Source: an uncultured Phycisphaerales bacterium (GTDB taxonomy: Bacteria; Planctomycetota; Phycisphaerae; Sedimentisphaerales; Anaerobacaceae). From it: a stretch of DNA of 64,000 nt. Positions 50,778 to 62,975 of the stretch are shown here, one piece after another. How positions within the stretch are numbered: the stretch's first letter is position 1; each line of letters begins with the position of its first letter. The stretch spans positions 896,001 through 960,000 of the forward strand of contig CAVYYI010000001.1 in NCBI GenBank assembly GCA_963772725.1, given 5' to 3'. The position numbers and the translations under genes were made by a program. The notes under the pieces were generated by a model, which ran no database searches, was not told the origin of the DNA, and saw only the letters and a list, made by a program, of their open reading frames with translations.

Positions 50778-51801
50778 ATGCGCATCGCGATAGATGTTAT
50801 GGGCGGCGATAATGCTCCCGATGAGATTATCGCTGGAGGCTCTGGAAGCGGTCGAATTCATCGACAAGGATGACATTCTTCAGCTTGTCGGCCCACAGGA
50901 CATCATAAAATCCAAGCTGCCTTTCCTGAGGTCCCGCAAGGATGCGACCGTCATTGTTGATGCCCCTGATGTTGTCGGGATGGATGAACCGCCGGTAGAG
51001 AGCCTGAGAACTAAGCCAAAAAGCTCAATCGCCGTTATGGCAAAAATGGCAAAACTCGGCGAAACAGACGCTGTTATTTCCGCTGGGAATACCGGCGCTT
51101 GCGTAGCGGCATTCCAGATGAGGATGAGAAACCTGCCCGGTGTTGTTCGCCCGGGGATAACCGTTGTTTTTCCCATGTTTGACGGCCCTGTAACAATTTG
51201 TGATGTCGGAGCAAATATCGCCTGCAAACCCATTAATCTATATCAATATGCTGTTATGGCTTCAATGTACTCCCAAAATCTGCTCGGAATCGAAAATCCA
51301 AGAGTCGGTCTTATAAGTATAGGTGAGGAAGACGCCAAAGGAAATGAAGTTAGCAAAAAAGCACGCGAATTAATAAAATCAGACCCCAAGATTAATTTTA
51401 TCGGAAACATCGAGGGAAGGGATATTTTCAGAGGCGTGTGCGATGTCGCAGTCTGCGAGGGTTTTGTCGGAAATGTAATTCTCAAGCTCACTGAAGGCGC
51501 GGTTGACGGGCTTTTCAAAACTATAAAGATGGAATTGATGAAAGAGAAACTCACACTCGCATTGAAATTCAAGGATGTTATGCTGAGAATCTATAAGAAA
51601 TACGATTACAATGAATATGGCGGCGCTCCGCTTTTGGGTGTTGACGGTACTGCCATGATATGCCACGGTTCCAGCAAAAGCAGAACGATTAAGAATGCCA
51701 TCTTATTTTCAAAAAAATATCATACCCAAAGAATTAACGACAAGATTACAGAATATTTATCAAACACTTCAGTAAGGATGACTGATGAGCAGGCAAGTTA
51801 G
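50778..51801 (+). CDS. plsX: Phosphate acyltransferase PlsX (frameshift near 50838)
   Basis: Manual N-terminus MRIAIDVMGGDNAP; SAGNTGA, DVGAN, GNIEG, GFVGN, GGAPLLGV, HGSS. Confidence 0.93.
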
Positions 51802-52798
51802 CGAACACACCCCCGCCTATCGGGCATTTATCGCGGGTTGTGGTTCATTTGCACCAGCCAAGAAGCTGACCAACGAAGAACTGTCGAAAATGGTTGACAC
51901 CAACGATGAGTGGATTACCAGCCGAACAGGTATTAAGACTCGGCATATCACCACAGACGATGAATCCACCGCCCTTCTGGCCACAGAGGCCGCTAAAAAG
52001 GCTTTGGCAAAAGCGAATCTTGCACCGAAAGACCTGGAAATTATTATTGTTTCTACTATCACCCCGGAAATGGTCTTTCCCTCTACCGCGTCGTTTGTAC
52101 AGAAAAATCTCGGCGCAAATAAAGCATGGGTCTTCGATCTTGCCGCGGCGTGCAGCGGTTTTGTGTACGGATTGGCCGTCGCCCAGCAGTTTATAGAAAA
52201 CGGACGTTACAAAAACGCCCTGGTAATTGGTGCTGAAACTTTAAGCAAGATTACAGACTGGACAGACCGCTCAAGCTGTATTCTTTTCGGTGATGGTGCC
52301 GGCGCAGTAGTGCTTGAACGAACCAAAGACATGCAAAAAGGCATCCTCTACAGTACAATGTTTTCCAATGGCAGTGTCTGGGAACCTCTGAACTGTCAGG
52401 CATTTGGTTCGCGTTATCCATCCACGAAACAATTGGACGACCCCAAGAAAAGATATATGGCCATAAAGGGAAGGGAAGTTTATCAGCAGGCGGTCAGAAG
52501 AATTGTTGAGACCGTTAATGAGTGCCTCGAACATTGCGGACTTAGCACTAACGATATAGATATGTTTATTTCGCATCAGATGAACGCACGCATAATTGAG
52601 TCAGCGGCTAAAAGACTCGAACTGCCGAAAGAAAAAGTTTTTATAAATATAGCGGAATATGGTAATACATCGGCGGCCTCGCTGCCGATTGCATTCGACG
52701 AATGCTTCAGGCAGGGCCTTATCAAACCCGGCAATATTGTAGTTTTTGTTGCTTTTGGCGCAGGCTTAACATGGGGAGCGAATGTAATTCGCTTTTAA
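51785..52798 (+). CDS. fabH: Beta-ketoacyl-ACP synthase III
   Basis: WITSRTGI, AACSGF, LFGDGAGA, HQMN, YGNTSAAS, GAGLTWG. Confidence 0.96.
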   Translation: MSRQVSEHTPAYRAFIAGCGSFAPAKKLTNEELSKMVDTNDEWITSRTGIKTRHITTDDESTALLATEAAKKALAKANLAPKDLEIIIVSTITPEMVFPSTASFVQKNLGANKAWVFDLAAACSGFVYGLAVAQQFIENGRYKNALVIGAETLSKITDWTDRSSCILFGDGAGAVVLERTKDMQKGILYSTMFSNGSVWEPLNCQAFGSRYPSTKQLDDPKKRYMAIKGREVYQQAVRRIVETVNECLEHCGLSTNDIDMFISHQMNARIIESAAKRLELPKEKVFINIAEYGNTSAASLPIAFDECFRQGLIKPGNIVVFVAFGAGLTWGANVIRF

Positions 52799-52834
52799 CC
52801 GCATAGCTTGCGGCGTTAGAGATAGATATATATT

Positions 52835-53773
52835 ATGAAAACAGCTTTTATATTTCCAGGTCAGGGCGCACAGGTTGTTGGAATGGGCAAAGATATTGCC
52901 GAAGCATTTCCGGCAGCCGCTGAAATTTTTAAAAAGTCAAACGACATCGTCGGTTATGATTTGCAGACAATCTGCTTCGATGGTCCGTCCGAAAAATTAA
53001 ACGCTACAACTGTTTCTCAGCCTGCGATTTTCGCGACCTCAGCAGCTATCCTCGAAGTTCTCAAAGTCAATGCGAAAACCGCTTCAATTAAACCCGATGT
53101 TACCGCCGGTCTCAGCATGGGCGAATATACCGCCTTATATGCCGCCGGTGTAATAAATTTCGCGGACGCCCTTACCATCGTGCAGAAACGCGGCCAGGCA
53201 ATGCAGGCCTCAGCCGATTCCACCGATGGCGCAATGGTGAGCATTATTGGTCTCGATGAACAAAAGACAAATCAGCTCTGCGCAGAAGCCAGACAAAACG
53301 ACATTCTCGAAGCTGTTAATTTTAATTGTCCAGGACAGATTGTCATAAGCGGCAGCAACACGGCGTGCCAGCGTGCCGAAAGCCTCGCTGAAAAATATGG
53401 TGCTATGAAAGCTATCAGATTATCTGTCTCCGGTGGATTTCACACTTCATTGATGTCTGGTGCCGCGGAATCTCTGGCAAATGCTCTGGCGGCATCTGGA
53501 ATATCAGAGCCGAACGAAATTAAAATTATCGCCAATATCAACGCCGATTATTACAAAAGCGAGGAAAATATCAAGGAAGGTCTGACAAAACAACTGACCA
53601 GCCCGATTCTTTGGCAAAAATGTATGGAAAAGCTTTTAGCTCAAGGTGTCGAAAACTTCTATGAAATAGGCCCAGGTACAGTCCTGACCGGCCTTATGCG
53701 ACGCATTAACCGGAAGACCAGGGTTATTAACGTCAGCAATTTACAGACCTTGAAAAATTTACTTGAGTCCTAA
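52835..53773 (+). CDS. fabD: Malonyl-CoA:ACP transacylase
   Basis: FPGQGAQ, QPAI, GLSMGEY, NFNCPGQ, GGFHT, EIGPG. Confidence 0.96.
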   Translation: MKTAFIFPGQGAQVVGMGKDIAEAFPAAAEIFKKSNDIVGYDLQTICFDGPSEKLNATTVSQPAIFATSAAILEVLKVNAKTASIKPDVTAGLSMGEYTALYAAGVINFADALTIVQKRGQAMQASADSTDGAMVSIIGLDEQKTNQLCAEARQNDILEAVNFNCPGQIVISGSNTACQRAESLAEKYGAMKAIRLSVSGGFHTSLMSGAAESLANALAASGISEPNEIKIIANINADYYKSEENIKEGLTKQLTSPILWQKCMEKLLAQGVENFYEIGPGTVLTGLMRRINRKTRVINVSNLQTLKNLLES

Positions 53774-53792
53774 ATTTGACAGGAGAGAAAAA

Positions 53793-54530
53793 ATGACAGA
53801 AAAAAGACTTGCCGTTGTTACAGGTGCAGCAAGAGGTATCGGCAGAGCGATTGTTATGGAGCTTTTGAAGCAGGGCAGAATCGTTGCCGGACTCGATATC
53901 AGGGCTGAGCAGCTTGCCGAGCTCGAACAGGTTGTGAAGGATGCAGGATTTAGCGTTATAACAAAATGCGTCGATATTACGAACACAAAGGCCCTAACCG
54001 AGACTCTCGAAGCTCTGGCTGATGAATATGGTGGAATAGGCATTTTAGTCAATAACGCTGGTATCACTCGCGACAAATTGATGATGCAGATGACTGATGA
54101 GGATTTTGACAAGGTTATAAACGTCAACCTGCGAGCGGCTTTTATGGCTACTGCTGTTACCGTAAGAAGTATGGTCAGAAATAAATGGGGCCGCATAGTC
54201 AACATAAGCTCGATAGCTGGTGTTATGGGGCAAGCCGGTTCTGCCAACTATGCCGCCAGTAAGGCTGGCCTTATTGGAATGACCAAATCTCTTGCTCGTG
54301 AAGTGGGCAAAAAGAATGTAACCGCCAATTGTATTGCCCCCGGCTTTATTATGACCGATATGACCGCTATGCTGCCCGATGCCGTCAAGGAAGCCGCACT
54401 GCAGATAATTCCCGTACGAAAGTACGGGCAGGTCGAGGATGTGGCCAAGGCTGTCGCTTTTCTGGCAAGCGAAGACGCCGGTTATATCACCGGACAGGTG
54501 CTTTGTGTCGATGGCGGTATGGCTATGTAA
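53793..54530 (+). CDS. fabG: 3-oxoacyl-ACP reductase
   Basis: TGAARGIG, NNAGITRD, NYAASKAG, APGFI. Confidence 0.95.
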   Translation: MTEKRLAVVTGAARGIGRAIVMELLKQGRIVAGLDIRAEQLAELEQVVKDAGFSVITKCVDITNTKALTETLEALADEYGGIGILVNNAGITRDKLMMQMTDEDFDKVINVNLRAAFMATAVTVRSMVRNKWGRIVNISSIAGVMGQAGSANYAASKAGLIGMTKSLAREVGKKNVTANCIAPGFIMTDMTAMLPDAVKEAALQIIPVRKYGQVEDVAKAVAFLASEDAGYITGQVLCVDGGMAM

Positions 54531-54550
54531 AAAAAAAGATAAAAAAACAG

Positions 54551-54579
54551 TTGAGTATAATTGTCTTAGCGGGTACTAT
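54551..54579 (+). promoter_or_regulatory. Putative internal promoter for acpP
   Basis: TTGAGT-N17-TACTAT. Confidence 0.45.
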
Positions 54580-54678
54580 ACCTGCCTAAACAGTCGCCGA
54601 TTATAAGGATGTGTAAGCGATTATAAAAATATGTAAGTTAGAAGAAAAGTAAGTTCCTGTTTTAAAGGAGAAAAACAA

Positions 54679-54945
54679 GTGAGTGCAGACAAGATAGATA
54701 TCAAAGAGATTGAAGAAAAGGTAAAAGATATTATTAGCGAGCAAATGGGCGTTGACAAATCTGAGATTACACGCGAGACCTCTTTCATTAACGACCTCAA
54801 TGCCGACTCGCTTGACACCGTCGAACTGGTAATGGAGTTCGAGGACGAATTCGATATGAGCATACCCGATGAAGAGGCTGAGAAAATTCAGACCGTCGGC
54901 GCCGCCATAGATTACATTGCCAAAATAGCACAGGCTAAAAGTTAA
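54679..54945 (+). CDS. acpP: Acyl carrier protein
   Basis: [20 protein letters not shown]. Confidence 0.97.
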   Translation: MSADKIDIKEIEEKVKDIISEQMGVDKSEITRETSFINDLNADSLDTVELVMEFEDEFDMSIPDEEAEKIQTVGAAIDYIAKIAQAKS

Positions 54946-54963
54946 GGGTAACATAAACCAGAC

Positions 54964-56208
54964 ATGAATAGACGCCGCGTAGTTATTACGGGCCTGGGCT
55001 GTGTTACGGCTCTGGCAGAATCCGCCGAGGGTTTATTTTCCGCATTATGCGAAGGTAAAAGCGGAATATCCCCAATCGAATCTTTTGACGTAAGTCAATA
55101 TCCGGTTAAATTTGGCGGTGAGATAAAAAATTTCGATATAACTAAATATATAGACCAGCGTGAGAGCAACCGCATGGACCGCTTTACGCAGTTCGCGCTG
55201 GCAGGAGCCATACAGGCCGTTAAGGATGGCGGCCTTGACTTTTCTAAAGAAGACCTCTGGCGGGTTGGTGTTATAACCGGCACCGGTATCGGCGGCATCA
55301 AGGAAATCGAAGAACAGCACCTGCGCCTGCTCGATAAAGGCCCAAGAAAAGTCTCCCCATTCTGCGTACCAAGACTTATGGCAAACGCCGCAAGCGGAAA
55401 TATAGCGATTAATTTCGGCCTTAAAGGCCCTAATTTCGCTGTCTCCAGCGCATGTGCATCAGGCAATCACGCCATTGGTGAGGCGTTCTGTAATATTGTT
55501 TCAGGAAGAAGCGATATTGTAATCACCGGCGGCACTGAAGCAGCTCTTACACCTATTGGCCTGGCGTCTTTCTGCGCGGCAAGGTCGCTTAGTTTGAGAA
55601 ATGACGAACCGCAAAGAGCGTCAAGACCCTTCGATAAGGATAGGGATGGTTTTGTGCTTTCCGAAGGAGCTGCCATCCTGATTCTCGAAGAGTACGAACA
55701 CGCCGTAAAACGCGGTGCCAAAATTTACGCTGAGTTTCTCGGCTATGGCGCTACCGATGACGGACACCATATTACCGCCCCCCTGCCAGATGGAGCAGGA
55801 GCGGCAAAGGCGATGGCACTGGCAATGGCTGATGCGCAAATTCCAAAGGAAAAGGTCGGCTATATCAACGCACACGGCACAAGCACTGAACTTAACGATA
55901 TTGCCGAAAGTCTCGCCATAAAATCCGTGTTCGGCGATTATGCTTATAAGATTCCGGTCAGCTCAACTAAAAGCGCTATGGGGCATCTCCTCGGCGCCAG
56001 CGGTGCCGTCGAGCTTCTGATATGCGCTAAGGTGATTGAAAAATCCGTTATTCCGCCCACGATTAACCTCGATAATCAGGACGAACGCTGCGACCTTAAA
56101 ATGGACTATGTGCCAAAAACAGCTCGCCAGGCAAAAGTCATCGCAACTATGAGCAATTCCCTCGGTTTCGGCGGACACAACGCCTGCCTTGTCCTCGGCA
56201 AAATTTAA
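54964..56208 (+). CDS. fabF: Beta-ketoacyl-ACP synthase II
   Basis: RRVVITG, SACASG, RPFD..RDGFV, NAHGTST, GHLLGA, SLGFGGHN. Confidence 0.97.
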   Translation: MNRRRVVITGLGCVTALAESAEGLFSALCEGKSGISPIESFDVSQYPVKFGGEIKNFDITKYIDQRESNRMDRFTQFALAGAIQAVKDGGLDFSKEDLWRVGVITGTGIGGIKEIEEQHLRLLDKGPRKVSPFCVPRLMANAASGNIAINFGLKGPNFAVSSACASGNHAIGEAFCNIVSGRSDIVITGGTEAALTPIGLASFCAARSLSLRNDEPQRASRPFDKDRDGFVLSEGAAILILEEYEHAVKRGAKIYAEFLGYGATDDGHHITAPLPDGAGAAKAMALAMADAQIPKEKVGYINAHGTSTELNDIAESLAIKSVFGDYAYKIPVSSTKSAMGHLLGASGAVELLICAKVIEKSVIPPTINLDNQDERCDLKMDYVPKTARQAKVIATMSNSLGFGGHNACLVLGKI

Positions 56209-56258
56209 ACTTGCTTACTCTTTCCCGGCTGTTTCGAATCCCCGAATAACGAACTGCT

Positions 56259-57110
56259 TTACCCCCTGTTTTTCCTGTCCATCAGGAGGATGAGTTTTTT
56301 GTAAATTTCCGCGGGAAGCTCTTTTTTCAACTGGTTGCGGACTTCGCCTAACGGCGTACGCTGAGATGTGTGCGTAATTATGATGTGTTCATTTTGCATG
56401 CTTTGCAGCAATTTGGTCAATTCGTTGATATGCATGTGCCTGCCGGCCTCTGCCCGCTCAACATGCTCATCAAGATAAAACGTACATTCCGCTATCAGAA
56501 TCTTACTCTCAGCGATATATTTCAATTGCGAAAAATCCACATATTGCGTATCGCCCAGATAGCTGACAATGGGAATTTCCAGCGGCGTATCTATTACAAC
56601 TCCCTGCTTTTTCAGCTCTACAATCTGCGGGCCGGTAAGTTTAGCGTATTCGGGCTTAATCTTTTTCCGCTTTTCGATTACGGTAAAACCCACAGACCCT
56701 CTGCAATGCTTTGTGGGGAACACTCTTGCGATAAGGTTAGGCTTGATTGCGTATTCGTCACCGGGTTTTACACCTACCAGATTTGCCGGTACTTGGCTGC
56801 CGTCGAGCCGCCCCCACGCGCGTATAATATCCTGTATCGGCTGAATTAAATTCTCCGGCGCTAACACCGTACCTGCAGGCAGCCCGCAAAAATTCCGGTG
56901 AGACAGATAATACGCAATCCCCGCCGCATGGTCCATGTGGCCATGCGTCAGCAAAACATTATTTATGGCGATGACCTGGTCCGGAGCCTTACCAATATCG
57001 AAGCAGACATCCAACTGCGGCATCGCCACAACAGTCTCTTCCCCGCCAATCGAATAGCCTATGATTTCAAGCTCATCTATTTTTATATACGCAAGATTAT
57101 GACTCGCCAT
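56259..57110 (-). CDS. MBL-fold metallo-hydrolase, short RNase Z-like (TM-type arm)
   Basis: THGHMDH, KKIKPEYAKL..QIVELK arm, LGDT, ECTF, HMH, THTSQR. Confidence 0.8.
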   Translation of the reverse strand: MASHNLAYIKIDELEIIGYSIGGEETVVAMPQLDVCFDIGKAPDQVIAINNVLLTHGHMDHAAGIAYYLSHRNFCGLPAGTVLAPENLIQPIQDIIRAWGRLDGSQVPANLVGVKPGDEYAIKPNLIARVFPTKHCRGSVGFTVIEKRKKIKPEYAKLTGPQIVELKKQGVVIDTPLEIPIVSYLGDTQYVDFSQLKYIAESKILIAECTFYLDEHVERAEAGRHMHINELTKLLQSMQNEHIIITHTSQRTPLGEVRNQLKKELPAEIYKKLILLMDRKNRG

Positions 57111-57200
57111 TAATTTTTCCTGATTTTTATAAATATTTAAAACACAATAGTAGATACGCCCGATGTTTATGTCAATTTGTTTTTGACAATGTGTACTCGC

Positions 57201-57586
57201 CTATATTCCAACCTCTCCACGAACGTCTCTTAGCCTGCGAAGGATAGCAGTAATATGGCCGCTTTTGAACATATTATCAAGATGCCCCTCACAAAATCTT
57301 TCTTTTCTTATATGTGTTGTGAACAGTTTTACTATTGTTTCCAAATCGACAGTTTTAATCATCTCAGAATTAGAATAATATTTGTCGGCCTCACTTTGCC
57401 ACTCAGGCCAGTTGGAAAAGCTAACAAAACCTTCTTCATAGAGAGTGCTTATGAAATCTTGCACCTCTTTTGATGTCACACAGGAAAACATCTTTGAAAA
57501 CTGATAATCTTTCTGCTCAAAAACAGGAAGATATTTAAGAACTCTATCTGCGCTTCCGCCGTAATTGTTTTGAAATCTTTTTCCAT
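57201..57586 (-). CDS. DUF6508-like small protein (frameshift near 57550)
   Basis: ATG at 57586, 1 nt after the upstream stop; FISTLYEEGF..F.NW.EW, TTHIRKERFCEG...SGHITAILRRL. Confidence 0.7.
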
Positions 57587-57587
57587 A

Positions 57588-58880
57588 CTAAATTGTCAAT
57601 GCCTCCCCATCGTTTGCAAATTTAACATTATCAAAAAACTCAGGATACTTTTGGGGCTCGAAGGTATGAATTGGAATCAGCATCTCAGGTTTCAATGCCC
57701 TCGCAAAACGCTGCAGGTCTTTTAACACAGCGTGCCCGCTTGTATGGACATGCTCAATCACTATCTTTTTTTCACGGCAGAACTTTTTAAAATCATCTGT
57801 CAGATACCCCTGCCACATCGAATAAATTATTTTTACTCCTTCGGTATTAGCGGGCTTATTAAAAATTTTCGGGAATATCGAATTATCTTTTGCGAGCATA
57901 AGTATCTTGTTCTTTTTGTCATTGATCTCATCCATTTCGATTTTTCGTCTATTGTAAAGATAAAGCAATTCTTTATAACCTGCCTTAGCCAGCTTATCGG
58001 CGTGGTATCGGAAAAATTTAATTCTAATCTTTTCCCAGTTCCACTGAGGTATGCTTTTTGATATTTTCTGCAGTCTCTGCAATATGTAAGCAGTGTAAAT
58101 ATCTATCACAAAAGTTGTTTTTGTTCTCAAACAGGCACGATATGCTGAAACCAGACGGTCAATATTCTGCGATGATGAAAATAAAAAAGTAATGTTATTT
58201 TGTTCTTCCAATATCTCCGCGATTCTGATTTCGATGTCTTTTTCCTTATTATATGGAGTTTCAGGCCTTCCCAGCATCGAGCCTTCCATTAAAAGACAAT
58301 CTATGTTCTTTGGCGGGTTTTTTATCATCATTTCAAACAAAACACTTTTCCTTCCGTGTCCCCTGAAATCGCCGGAATAAAAAACTTTTTTTCCTTCTGC
58401 TTCAATTAGAAAAGCAAAAGCATCAGGCGCTGAATGGTCAACCAGATATGGTATTATTTTGAAATCTTTTAAACTAATGGGCGTTCTATGTTTTATTATC
58501 TGAGTTCTATTAAGTTTAATATTCTTATTCACGAATATATTCATTACTTCAATTAGCTCTTTTGCCCCCTGACTAATATAAACAGGTATCTCACTATGTG
58601 TGAAATTCAGTAAATCGTAATGGTCAAGATGCGAATGCGATACAAGAATACCATCAAATTCCGGCTTTTCATTTTTATATAAGCCTTTAACATCAGGCAA
58701 TATCTTTGCTTTTTTCAATTCCTCAACCGATTTGCCCGTCAAACTATCGGAATCAAACCTCTCCTGTTTTTTATCCACCAGCGGCATCCCAAAATCAATC
58801 AGTATCCTCGATGTTCCCGACTGAATCTCAACACAACTCCCGCCAATTTCTTTAGTTCCACGATGAATGGTCAATAACAC
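57588..58880 (-). CDS. MBL-fold beta-CASP hydrolase (short RNase J-like)
   Basis: HRGTKEIGGSCVE, SHSHLDHY, VDHSA, YSGDFRGHG, LMEGS, SQNIDRL, YSMWQGY, HTSGHA, IPIHT. Confidence 0.9.
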   Translation of the reverse strand: MLLTIHRGTKEIGGSCVEIQSGTSRILIDFGMPLVDKKQERFDSDSLTGKSVEELKKAKILPDVKGLYKNEKPEFDGILVSHSHLDHYDLLNFTHSEIPVYISQGAKELIEVMNIFVNKNIKLNRTQIIKHRTPISLKDFKIIPYLVDHSAPDAFAFLIEAEGKKVFYSGDFRGHGRKSVLFEMMIKNPPKNIDCLLMEGSMLGRPETPYNKEKDIEIRIAEILEEQNNITFLFSSSQNIDRLVSAYRACLRTKTTFVIDIYTAYILQRLQKISKSIPQWNWEKIRIKFFRYHADKLAKAGYKELLYLYNRRKIEMDEINDKKNKILMLAKDNSIFPKIFNKPANTEGVKIIYSMWQGYLTDDFKKFCREKKIVIEHVHTSGHAVLKDLQRFARALKPEMLIPIHTFEPQKYPEFFDNVKFANDGEALTI

Positions 58881-58881
58881 G

Positions 58882-59823
58882 TTAAAACTTCCTCTCAAAT
58901 GAATTAAAGTTTACCACATAATCAAAGTTATAATCAAAATTTATATATCCAAACTCGATATCTTCGTTTCTCAACTTCTCATTAAGAAGGTCAAACACTT
59001 CTTGAGTAATAAGCGGATGTAATTCAGGCACCAGAATAAATGCCTTAATTTTTTTTGCACGCTCAATGTTACGCCTTCTAACAAATTTTCCAAGTTGCTC
59101 ATCACGCATCACCATAGCGTAGAAAAAGAGTTCAGACAATACACCGACCTTGCAATTTCCTTCGGCTTTTAATTCAAGCACATAGAAATCATCGTCATTT
59201 TCACCCCATAAATCAATCGCACTATGTGCCCCGGGAAATATCGCATTATTCTTAGCCTCAACTTTCGGTGTATGAAACAGACCCACCGGAAGCTGCCTTT
59301 GCAGTTTCACAGGACACCATCTCTTTAACTCTGTTAGGCTATCCTGCTTAGCAATAATTTCATTTTCCAACCTGCTTTCTATATTGTTCGCTTCATCGTT
59401 CCAGCGGTCTTCGTTTTCTGTCGATGGAGAGTTAAGGAAATATGTTTCGCTTTCTTTTATTTGTAAATCGTCCTTGAAATTTGCATTCTCTTCATTGATA
59501 AAAAACCACTCGCCGAAAATACTTTTAAACCTATTCGCTCGATAAAGAAATCTTTGATAATGCCTATCATTAGACTGCGCAGGTTTATTCCACTTTAGGC
59601 AACATTTATAGCTCTTTTCTTTATCATCGAGATTAGCTTTCAGACATAAAGCCCAGCTTTCAAATGCAGCTGAATCCTCCTGCATATTCTCCGTCATGCC
59701 ATCCTTCATAGCAAGAGTGATTATCTGATTATTTTCTTGAAAGTCAATTCCGCTGCGAGGAAATCTAATGCGTGATTCCCCTGTTTTCTTCTTCACACAC
59801 TGCAATAACTCTTCTTTATTCAT
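58882..59823 (-). CDS. Hypothetical protein with a C-terminal PD-(D/E)xK nuclease-like motif
   Basis: RQLPVGLF...SAIDLWG...FYVLELKA...VGVLSELFFY matches the D...ExK plus downstream-helix pattern. Confidence 0.65.
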   Translation of the reverse strand: MNKEELLQCVKKKTGESRIRFPRSGIDFQENNQIITLAMKDGMTENMQEDSAAFESWALCLKANLDDKEKSYKCCLKWNKPAQSNDRHYQRFLYRANRFKSIFGEWFFINEENANFKDDLQIKESETYFLNSPSTENEDRWNDEANNIESRLENEIIAKQDSLTELKRWCPVKLQRQLPVGLFHTPKVEAKNNAIFPGAHSAIDLWGENDDDFYVLELKAEGNCKVGVLSELFFYAMVMRDEQLGKFVRRRNIERAKKIKAFILVPELHPLITQEVFDLLNEKLRNEDIEFGYINFDYNFDYVVNFNSFERKF

Positions 59824-59860
59824 TTATATGCCCTTAGCAAAAATAGATGATTTCTTTACA

Positions 59861-59888
59861 ATTATATGAAAAAGTGAAATTAAGACAA
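59861..59888 (-). promoter_or_regulatory. Putative promoter of the nuclease-MBL-DUF6508 operon
   Basis: Minus strand TTGTCT-N16-TATAAT, about 38 nt upstream of ATG 59823. Confidence 0.5.
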
Positions 59889-60030
59889 GAATCTTATTTG
59901 GAGGAAACCGAAGGCCCCTTTGACCACACATTCGACAAGCTCAGTGCGGGCAGGTGCCACAGCTAAACAATGCGGAAAGAGATGCGAAAAAGTTTTTATT
60001 TATGTTCATTCGTGGTTATAATCTAAATTT

Positions 60031-60747
60031 ATGCCGGATAAGAGAATACATAGAGGGCCGAATCCCGCGGACGCAAAATTATTTGCCCCCGAAGCGATAC
60101 CCGATTTAGGCTCAGCAATAGCGGATTTTTCGCTGTTGTTGAGCAAAGGCTACGCCGAAAAAAGCGGCTTAAAACTCGTCGGTGACCGCTTCGGCCTTAC
60201 CGACAGGCAGCGAACCGCCGTTATGCGATGTGCCTGCTCCGACCAGCAGTTAGCCTCGCGAAAAAGCCGCCAGGTAAGTATCGCCGATATAAAGGCCAGC
60301 CCCATAGCCATTGACGGCTATAACCTCCTCATTACCATCGAGGCCGCCATCAGCGGCGCCATAATCTTAAAAGGCCGCGACGGCTGTTTCAGGGATTTAG
60401 CAAGCATCCACGGCACATATCGCAGGGTAACTGAAACCATACCCGCTTTGCAATTGATAGGCGATTTTCTCGCTGCATTCAGTTTTTCAAAGGTCTTATG
60501 GCTCTTGGATAGCCCCGTATCAAATAGCGGCAGGCTCAAAACCCTCATCGCCCAGCTTGCCGAAAGAAACAACTGGAAATGGGACATTCAGCTTGCCACA
60601 AACCCCGATATGGTGCTTATCAAGTCTGATTTTATCGCCGCAAGCAGCGACAGCGTTGTTCTCGATAACTGTAAAGAGTGGGTAAACCTTGGCCGCGGCA
60701 TTATTGAGGCGAAACTGCCGGGAGCGAGGATTGCGGATTTGGGGTAA
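60031..60747 (+). CDS. DUF434-family protein
   Basis: LLSKGY...LVGDRF.L..RQR, IDGYNLLITIE, DGCFRDLA, LDSPVSNSGRL, SSDSVVLD. Confidence 0.8.
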   Translation: MPDKRIHRGPNPADAKLFAPEAIPDLGSAIADFSLLLSKGYAEKSGLKLVGDRFGLTDRQRTAVMRCACSDQQLASRKSRQVSIADIKASPIAIDGYNLLITIEAAISGAIILKGRDGCFRDLASIHGTYRRVTETIPALQLIGDFLAAFSFSKVLWLLDSPVSNSGRLKTLIAQLAERNNWKWDIQLATNPDMVLIKSDFIAASSDSVVLDNCKEWVNLGRGIIEAKLPGARIADLG

Positions 60748-60803
60748 AATAAACCTCGAAGCAGGTCTCGATGCTAAGCTGAAAAAAAATTTATGAACAA
60801 GAC

Positions 60804-60832
60804 TGGACAAGTGGGAAGATAACGAGTATAAT
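60804..60832 (+). promoter_or_regulatory. Putative sigma70 promoter of the rpmA-obgE operon
   Basis: TGGACA-N17-TATAAT. Confidence 0.5.
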
Positions 60833-60871
60833 GGTTTTTTTGGCAAAAATTGTAATTTAAGAGGTTAAGAT

Positions 60872-61105
60872 ATGGCACATAAAAAAGGACAAGGTTCTAC
60901 AAGGAACGGACGAGACAGTAACGCCCAATTCAGAGGTGTAAAGCTGTGCGGCGGTCAGGTCGCCAAGACTGGTTCGATACTGGTTCGCCAGTGCGGAACA
61001 AAGTTTGTGGCTGGCAAAAATGTGGCTACGGGCAGAGATTATACCCTTTATGCGACGAGCAGTGGGACGGTTGCTTTTCAGGGCAAAAAAGTTCACGTTC
61101 TTTGA
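60872..61105 (+). CDS. rpmA: 50S ribosomal protein L27
   Basis: [16 protein letters not shown]...GRDYTLYA. Confidence 0.98.
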   Translation: MAHKKGQGSTRNGRDSNAQFRGVKLCGGQVAKTGSILVRQCGTKFVAGKNVATGRDYTLYATSSGTVAFQGKKVHVL

Positions 61106-61128
61106 TAGAAAACAAAATTCAGCAATAA

Positions 61129-62963
<1,835 letters not shown>

Positions 62964-62975
62964 GTTTTTTAGATT

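Noticed and set aside
57588..58880. Housekeeping RNase J (rnj)
   Set aside because: Too short, lacks the C-terminal domain and sits in an AT-rich cassette, so no gene symbol was given
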